Shown here piece by piece: positions 58,080-64,000 of a DNA stretch of 64,000 bases. The first letter of the stretch is position 1; each line of letters opens with the position of its first letter. Source of the DNA: Minisyncoccota bacterium (GTDB lineage Bacteria > Patescibacteriota > Minisyncoccia > Moranbacterales > GCA-2747515). A program made the position numbers and the translations under genes. The stretch covers positions 17,156 to 81,155 of the forward strand of contig CALDDM010000002.1 of NCBI GenBank assembly GCA_937936355.1, written 5' to 3'. The notes beneath the pieces are model-generated. The model saw only the letters and a program-made list of their open reading frames with translations. It was not told the DNA's origin and ran no database searches.

Positions 58080-59483
58080 ATGGATATCAACTCACAATCA
58101 ATCTATCCACTTCTCGTACCATTGCGGGATGGGTCTGAGGACTTGCCTGCGGAGCTAGAGCTTAAGTGGGATAAGGTACGAGCGTTGCCTGAGCGCAATC
58201 GCTTGATTTTGCTCTCGGATGAAATCAAGGAGCTTATTCTGCGTTATTCCATTCAGCATAATCTGACAGAAAAACAAGCAGAGCATTTTTCGCGCTTGAT
58301 TCGCTCCTTTTTCTTTGGGGAGAACTCATCAGCTGAGACTGGCGTAGCGATTGGTGCCATTTTCCACCAAGACCAAGCTTTTGGTGTTGGCGTTTTGAAC
58401 GAAATCCAAGGCATATCTGCTATGCCAGCACCCGCCACTGCCGCACAAGCGAACACCCCCCCAACTCAAGTCATTCCATCTGAAATGCTTCCACTTGCAG
58501 AGGCGCGCGATAAGTATCCACAGTTGGGTCAACAGCTTGTCACCAAAGGTCGGATCATTGCGAAGCAGTTTGTCACACCCATGACGCCAACTGTTGCGCA
58601 CTGGATTAGTGCTTACGAGGCAATCGCAGGCGTGCAGAAGCATACTGCAATCGAGCGTGGTGAGTTTCTCTACCGATCCCAACCATGCAGAGGGCTTAGG
58701 GAGATCGATCGGACCAAGCTTGCACAGCTCCTCAAGGCACATGATGAGGGCACATCACTTAAGATCTCTACCGAAAAGGGTGGGATCATCTGGCAAAAGG
58801 ATTCAGCAGAAGCACAGAATCTCACACCTCAAAATCCGCAACCCGTAACGCCGACACCTGCGCAGAATCCTACTCCCGCTCCTACTTCAGTACAAACAAC
58901 CCAGCCAGTTATTGTCGCACCGAACCCACCAATCCAAGAGCTGCCTGCAACGCCCTCCCTTCAACAAATCCCTCAACAAACCGATTTACAACCTCACACT
59001 CAAGATTCCACACAAGCACCGCCACCGGCCCGACAGTCGCAGCAGATACCTCGCGCATCAAAGTCGCCACGCAGATCGTCTTCGCTGGAACCACAGCTTC
59101 ACTCTCTCCCAGATAGCCGCATAGAGAACGCGCAACCCGCCTCATCACCAGCACTTGGATCTGTGCGTAAGTCCCTTCCGAAACCTCAACCAATGCCGCA
59201 ACCCACTACACAGCCAACCAGTCGACCAGGCGTACAACACACAAATCAACAAGCGCCCGCAACACCGTCCCTTCAGCATTTTGCTCATCAACAGACTGGC
59301 ACCCAGCAACCATTACAGCGCGCGCAACCAAGCAAGCAGCAAAGCACGCAGCCACCTAAGAATCTTCCTACCACAGTCAACTTCAGTTCTGGTCAGACTC
59401 TTCCGACAGAAAAATCAGGTAACATGACGCCACATACTACCGACAAAAAACGCAACCCTTTTCACATTAATCCAATTGGATAA
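58080..59483 (+). CDS. Hypothetical protein with a P/Q/T-rich C-terminal low-complexity tail
   Basis: 467 aa; structured N-terminal ~250 aa then a PQ-rich repeat-like region. Confidence 0.4.
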   Translation: MDINSQSIYPLLVPLRDGSEDLPAELELKWDKVRALPERNRLILLSDEIKELILRYSIQHNLTEKQAEHFSRLIRSFFFGENSSAETGVAIGAIFHQDQAFGVGVLNEIQGISAMPAPATAAQANTPPTQVIPSEMLPLAEARDKYPQLGQQLVTKGRIIAKQFVTPMTPTVAHWISAYEAIAGVQKHTAIERGEFLYRSQPCRGLREIDRTKLAQLLKAHDEGTSLKISTEKGGIIWQKDSAEAQNLTPQNPQPVTPTPAQNPTPAPTSVQTTQPVIVAPNPPIQELPATPSLQQIPQQTDLQPHTQDSTQAPPPARQSQQIPRASKSPRRSSSLEPQLHSLPDSRIENAQPASSPALGSVRKSLPKPQPMPQPTTQPTSRPGVQHTNQQAPATPSLQHFAHQQTGTQQPLQRAQPSKQQSTQPPKNLPTTVNFSSGQTLPTEKSGNMTPHTTDKKRNPFHINPIG

Positions 59484-59540
59484 AGTGCTGAGGAAGCAAT
59501 GTATTAGCACTCTTATTACATATTATTCTATTGTTAGCTT

Positions 59541-60044
59541 ATGGAGGAGGTACCACAATTCATCAATACGCAGGACAAAATAGCGGGTCCATTTACGTGG
59601 AAGCAACTTGCATGGCTTGGGGGTGCTGGGATGATCCTTGCGCTTCTATGGCAGCTTCTTATTCGGCCAGTCTTCTTTGTCGTAGCTGTACCAATTGTTA
59701 TTATTGCCGGACTGCTGACATTCTTTCGTCCATATCAAATGTCATTTATTTCTTATCTTGGTCACTTGTTGGCCTACCTCTTCAAGCCACGTACATACCT
59801 CTGGCAACGGGAAGTCATCACACATGACGATGATGTTCAAGAGAATCAACCACAAGAAGTCCAACACTCTCAAAAGAGTGTCTCTCTTGAGGATGTGCAT
59901 GCCCTAACTGAGGCACTTGATAGTCATGGGTCTGTTCGCAACGAACGTTTGCAGGCAATTATTGCACAGAATCTTTCTCAGTCTGCGCATAAAAACAGCT
60001 TAGGTCTTGGTCGTACAAAGAAACCTGAGAACAAAGAGGCGTAG
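59541..60044 (+). CDS. Small 2-TM membrane protein, possible VirB3/ConD-like T4SS component
   Basis: Two adjacent TM helices (LAWLGGAGMILALLWQLLI; VFFVVAVPIVIIAGLLTFF) directly upstream of VirB4-like genes. Confidence 0.35.
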   Translation: MEEVPQFINTQDKIAGPFTWKQLAWLGGAGMILALLWQLLIRPVFFVVAVPIVIIAGLLTFFRPYQMSFISYLGHLLAYLFKPRTYLWQREVITHDDDVQENQPQEVQHSQKSVSLEDVHALTEALDSHGSVRNERLQAIIAQNLSQSAHKNSLGLGRTKKPENKEA

Positions 60045-60163
60045 ACTAACTGTCATTGTACGCTTCTTTTTATACACATGTCCTTTGTGTGCAAAATTTA
60101 GTACAATGTATGTAGTAGATTGAGAATGTTATATACGATTACAAATATTACTAGTGAAACATT

Positions 60164-60844
60164 ATGGAAAGTCTTGGTAGAGCGCAATCCTCCGCAAACA
60201 CACTAAACTATGTGGATATACAATCTGTAGAAGATGGTGTTGTTATACTCAAAAATGGAACCTTGCGCGCTGTCATCCTTGTCTCCTCTATCAACTTTGA
60301 TCTCAAATCTTCCGTTGAACAGGAAGCGATCATTGGAAGTTATCAGAACTTTCTCAACTCGCTTGATTTTCCTGTGCAGATTGTTGTGAGCTCTCGTAAG
60401 CTCAACATGTCATCTTATCTCTCGTTGCTGAGCTCCGCTGAAAAAGCCCAGCGCAATGAGCTCTTACGTATCCAAACGACAGAGTATCGCTCCTTTGTGA
60501 AGAATCTTGCTGACGTTACAAATATTATGAGTAAGTTTTTTTATGTCGTGGTGCCGTTTGCCCCTGTAGAGAATGCGAATGTTGGTGTCTTAAGTAAAAT
60601 TTCTAGCCTGGTTAACCCACAGGGTGCCCTCAAAGCACGTGGTGAACTCCTCGAGACGTACAAAAGCCAACTCTGGCAACGTGTTGACCATGTTGCAGCC
60701 GCGCTTGAGGGGACTGGACTGAATTTTACAGCTCTCACAACTGACGAGTTAATCGAGCTCTACTACAATGCATATAATCCATCTGTGTACTCACAATCCG
60801 GTGTAAAGGATGTCTCTCAATCAGAACTTGCAACACGCAGTTAA
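60164..60844 (+). CDS. T4SS-associated protein resembling the N-terminal domain of Gram-positive VirB4 (ConE/TcpF-type); possibly a split VirB4 N-domain
   Basis: YVDIQSVEDGVVILKNGTLRAVILVSSINFDLKSSVEQEAIIGSYQNFLNSLDFPVQI matches the start of ConE-like ATPases; combined length with the next ORF (226+604) equals a full-size VirB4. Confidence 0.4.
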   Translation: MESLGRAQSSANTLNYVDIQSVEDGVVILKNGTLRAVILVSSINFDLKSSVEQEAIIGSYQNFLNSLDFPVQIVVSSRKLNMSSYLSLLSSAEKAQRNELLRIQTTEYRSFVKNLADVTNIMSKFFYVVVPFAPVENANVGVLSKISSLVNPQGALKARGELLETYKSQLWQRVDHVAAALEGTGLNFTALTTDELIELYYNAYNPSVYSQSGVKDVSQSELATRS

Positions 60845-60893
60845 TCTCGTTCACTACAGCTTGTTGTAGAAAATATTACCAACCACATAAAAC

Positions 60894-62708
60894 ATGCTTG
60901 TGCTATTTGGAAAAAAGAAAAAAAAAGAAAGTAGTCTCGAGTCGGATATGATGCAAGATGAGAAGGTTTATCAGCAGGGCATTGCCACAGTTCGTGGCTT
61001 AATCGCTCCGAGCGCATTTCAGATTCAAGCCTCCCAGATCCAAGTGGGTGACACAGTTGCGACAACTCTCTTTGTCATTGCGTACCCACGCTACCTGAGC
61101 AATAATTGGTTTTCTCCGATTATTAACATTGACTTTCCAATGGATATAGCAATGTTTATCCATCCCGCTGATTCTGGTATCGTTCTCAAAGATCTCCGCA
61201 AACAAGCAACGCGACTAGAGTCTCAAATCTCTATGGAAGCACGAGCTGGTAAAGTACGCGACCCCAAGCTTGAGGCAGCAATTGCGAATGTTGAAAATCT
61301 TCGCAACAGTCTCCAGCAGGGGACTGAACGATTCTTTCGTTTTGGACTCTATATCACCTTGTATGCAGCTGACCAGAAAGAACTCCGCAAGCAAAAGAAT
61401 GAAATTATTACCATCCTAGAGGCACAGCTCATCTATGCAAAGTCTGCGACCCTTCGTATGGACAAAGCATTTATCTCTACCTTGCCGCTTGCAGATGATA
61501 CGCTCAATATTGGCACAAACCTTAATACTGGTCCTCTTTCTACGACATTTCCTTTTGTCAGTGCAAGCCTTTCCTCTAACGATGGGATCTTGTATGGTGT
61601 CAATCGACATAACAACAGCCTCATACTCTTTGACCGCTTCAACCTCGAGAATGCAAATATGACCGTTTTTGCAAAATCTGGAGCGGGGAAGAGTTACTTT
61701 GTCAAACTTGAGATTTTGCGTTCAATGATGTTTGGAACGAGTGTGATCGTTATTGACCCAGAGAATGAGTACAAACACCTTTGTCAGACAATTGGCGGCT
61801 CGTTTATCAATATATCGCTCGGCTCAAAGGTGCACATCAATCCATTTGAACTTCCCGATATACCAGAAGGGGAGCGACCAGAGGATGTCTTTCGCAATGC
61901 AATTGCAAACCTCATCGGACTCATGCATATCATGCTGGGATCACTTAATGCAGAAGACGATACAATCATCGAACGCGCTATACGTGAAGCCTACGCTGTG
62001 CGTGATATTTCAGAGACACGTGACTTTTCAAAAATTGCACATGAGGAATTCCCCACAATGACCGATCTCAAATCAATCCTTGAGAACATGGAGGGTGGAA
62101 ACCGCCTTGCACTACAACTAGAGAAGTACACCGAAGGTGTTTTTGCAAATTTTCTCGATCAGCCCACCAACATCATTGTTGATAATCAAATTATTGTCTT
62201 TAATATACGTGATCTCGAAGAAGAGCTCCGACCAATCGCGATGTACCTGATCCTTCAGTTTATATGGAATGAAATGCGGGTTAATATGAAAAAGCGCCTG
62301 GTCATTGTTGATGAGGCGTGGCTCATGATGCAAAATGAAGATGCTGCGTCGTTTATCTTTGGTATCGCTAAGCGTTGCCGCAAATACTACACAGGCCTCA
62401 CGACGATCACACAGGACATTTCCGATTTTCTCACGAGTCGCTATGGAAAACCAATCATCACTAATTCGTCCCTTCAACTCCTTCTTAAGCAGTCCCCAGC
62501 ATCAGTAGACCTTCTCAAAGACACTTTTTATCTGACAGACCATGAGAAGTTCCTCCTCCTTGAGAGTGGTGTAGGTGAGGGAATCTTTTTTGCTGGCCCA
62601 AAGCATGCTGCTATTAAAGTTATTGCATCCTACAGCGAGGACCAAATCATCACCTCTGACCCCAAGCAACTCCTTGCCATCAAAGAAGTTCGTGAGTCCC
62701 TTGAGTAA
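60894..62708 (+). CDS. VirB4/ConE-like type IV secretion ATPase
   Basis: YPRYLSNNWFSPII...; Walker A FAKSGAGKSYFVKLEI; Walker B LVIVDEAWLMM; 604 aa. Confidence 0.8.
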   Translation: MLVLFGKKKKKESSLESDMMQDEKVYQQGIATVRGLIAPSAFQIQASQIQVGDTVATTLFVIAYPRYLSNNWFSPIINIDFPMDIAMFIHPADSGIVLKDLRKQATRLESQISMEARAGKVRDPKLEAAIANVENLRNSLQQGTERFFRFGLYITLYAADQKELRKQKNEIITILEAQLIYAKSATLRMDKAFISTLPLADDTLNIGTNLNTGPLSTTFPFVSASLSSNDGILYGVNRHNNSLILFDRFNLENANMTVFAKSGAGKSYFVKLEILRSMMFGTSVIVIDPENEYKHLCQTIGGSFINISLGSKVHINPFELPDIPEGERPEDVFRNAIANLIGLMHIMLGSLNAEDDTIIERAIREAYAVRDISETRDFSKIAHEEFPTMTDLKSILENMEGGNRLALQLEKYTEGVFANFLDQPTNIIVDNQIIVFNIRDLEEELRPIAMYLILQFIWNEMRVNMKKRLVIVDEAWLMMQNEDAASFIFGIAKRCRKYYTGLTTITQDISDFLTSRYGKPIITNSSLQLLLKQSPASVDLLKDTFYLTDHEKFLLLESGVGEGIFFAGPKHAAIKVIASYSEDQIITSDPKQLLAIKEVRESLE

Positions 62709-62754
62709 TCCATGGAGACTTCTGCGTTTGGATCTAATACGCTAGCGTACTGAT

Positions 62755-63315
62755 ATGGCTACACCCACCGCAACAACACTTGGCAAACCACTCCGACGCA
62801 TCACATCCAGTACATCTCGCAATGCTGTACACCGCCTGCGCAAAGCAACACAAGAGCACGTCACTCGCAACCCCGTACTTGACCAAGAAATACTCGTGGC
62901 GAAACAGCACGCCAAAGATACTATACGGAATATAAAAAGCGAGTCTGATATGCCTTTTTGGATTTTGATTTTTAGCTCACTCTTTGTTACGTTTATTGGC
63001 TTTATAAGTCTTATACCTGTTGTAGGGTGGGGGTTTTATATGGTTATCAAGCTCTGTAATATGATCCTTGGAATCATGGCGATCAGCTACGCGAATCACA
63101 TGACGCATAGCAGGCTCAAGAGCCATGGTCGTTTGTTCACGCGTATTATCATTCTCTCGCTTACAATGCTCTTTGGCTTACTTTTTCCACCAGTAAATGC
63201 AATACTCTTGAATATGCCAACACTTTTGACCGAGGCTTGGATTCTTTGGAGTGCCCGCCGTCATCGCAAAGAGGCAATAGCAGAACTTGAGAAGACCCTT
63301 ACCCTCTCTGCATAG
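62755..63315 (+). CDS. Membrane hypothetical protein (T4SS-neighbourhood)
   Basis: 4 TM helices; 186 aa. Confidence 0.4.
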   Translation: MATPTATTLGKPLRRITSSTSRNAVHRLRKATQEHVTRNPVLDQEILVAKQHAKDTIRNIKSESDMPFWILIFSSLFVTFIGFISLIPVVGWGFYMVIKLCNMILGIMAISYANHMTHSRLKSHGRLFTRIIILSLTMLFGLLFPPVNAILLNMPTLLTEAWILWSARRHRKEAIAELEKTLTLSA

Positions 63316-63383
63316 AGTTCATTTACTCTCAGGATATAATGCTCTCACGCCTTGTCATGATATAATTGTGAAAAATATCCTTA

Positions 63384-64000
63384 TGCTTAACTCTCCTTCT
63401 CAGGCGGTGAGACAATATATTATTTCTCTCGCCATCCTCATTCTCTCGTTGGGTCTTTATATCCTTTTTCCTACGGAAGGTATGTTGCAGTCTATTATCG
63501 TCCTCCTGTCTTTTTTGTGTGTTCTTCCCGCTCTTTACATCCGCTTCGTTCTTCATAGAAAATGGTCTTCTTTCATACCCCCGCTTGTGCACTTTTCAGC
63601 CGGAAAAGTTGCAGCCCTTCTTGGTGCGAGTCTTTTGTGTGCAATCTGTATGATTATTATCGCTTTCTTGCCGTATAACGCAGGCTACATCGTTCAAATG
63701 CGTGATGTTTTTTCTAGTTTTCGTGGTTTTTTGCTTTATCAAGCTGTCTTTACTGTACCGCTCTTACTTGTGATTACCTTCTTCTGTGTGCGTCTCACGC
63801 ATCTCATGGATTTTGGAGGACGTGCTCATAGCATCATAGCAATCATCTTGCTTTCTGTTGTCATCCAAATTTCGACGCCGCTGCCACTTTTGAGCATAGC
63901 CCCCCTTGCGATCACTGTTCTCATACTTGCACGCTTCAAGATTTTAAATGAATACATAGTCTTTCTTGTTTTTTTTCTTGGTCTTGCCTGCTACGATGCT
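63384..64000 (+). CDS. Polytopic membrane protein, partial (runs off the window end)
   Basis: Open frame from the ATG at 63384 to the window end with 6 or more hydrophobic helices (manual translation); not in the ORF track because it has no stop. Confidence 0.35.

Noticed and set aside
60845-60893. Simple single frameshift fusing the two VirB4-related ORFs
   Set aside because: Both flanking frames are closed by stops in the gap, and only the third frame is open. A fusion would need two compensating shifts, so a single homopolymer error cannot explain the split.

Overview
This 64-kb window is a gene-dense, low-GC (~43% by eye) bacterial chromosomal segment read in the standard genetic code. 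Its gene content and protein architectures point to a reduced-genome Patescibacteria/CPR bacterium, most likely Saccharibacteria-like, but that lineage call is inference rather than a database result. Supporting features are RNase Y; ribosomal protein L19 and NusA carrying K/E/D-rich low-complexity tails; a Gram-positive-type T4SS; LysM-M23 and 3D-domain cell-wall hydrolases; and no outer-membrane machinery.

Housekeeping genes recognised:
- hup (HU), rny, gpmI, clpP-tig, ppa, nusA, rplS
- a DsbA-like oxidoreductase, a LysM-M23 peptidase, a Xer-type tyrosine recombinase
- pcrA/uvrD, a UbiA-family prenyltransferase fusion, rsmA/ksgA, comM/yifB, lspA, yraN
- rpsO-pnp, gyrA, rpsA, gmk, tilS, ftsH
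- rbfA, a DHH (NrnA-like) phosphoesterase, a family-4 UDG, a PAP2 phosphatase
- nine tRNA genes

Four accessory or unusual regions stand out:
1. About 12.9-16.7 kb is a cassette array abutting the 3' end of tRNA-Gly. Six small genes (secreted paralogs sharing an MKNNIDSNFAIAILALVAAC signal peptide, a barstar-like immunity protein, and a Cys-rich secreted peptide with a small membrane protein) are separated by a conserved ~110-130-bp element. This element is a 32-nt motif plus a terminator hairpin plus a promoter-proximal block, and its ancestral copy is the native downstream flank of tRNA-Gly.
2. Two ~100-nt structured, mutually homologous inserts lie immediately 3' of tRNA-Met(CAT) and tRNA-Leu(GAG). 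Each is bounded by a perfect 18-20-bp direct repeat of the tRNA T-loop/3' end, which is an att-like architecture.
3. A ~900-bp intergenic region at 50.7-51.6 kb carries at least eight copies of a 14-bp palindrome, GTTC[C/T]A[C/T]GT[G/A]GAAC, a symmetric variant of the ParB parS site.
4. A Gram-positive-type type IV secretion-like cluster at 55.9-63.3 kb contains a VirB6-like membrane protein, a P/Q-rich protein, a small 2-TM protein, a protein resembling the N-terminal domain of ConE/VirB4, and a VirB4 ATPase.

All calls rest on reading the translated ORFs and the sequence by eye. No searches were run.
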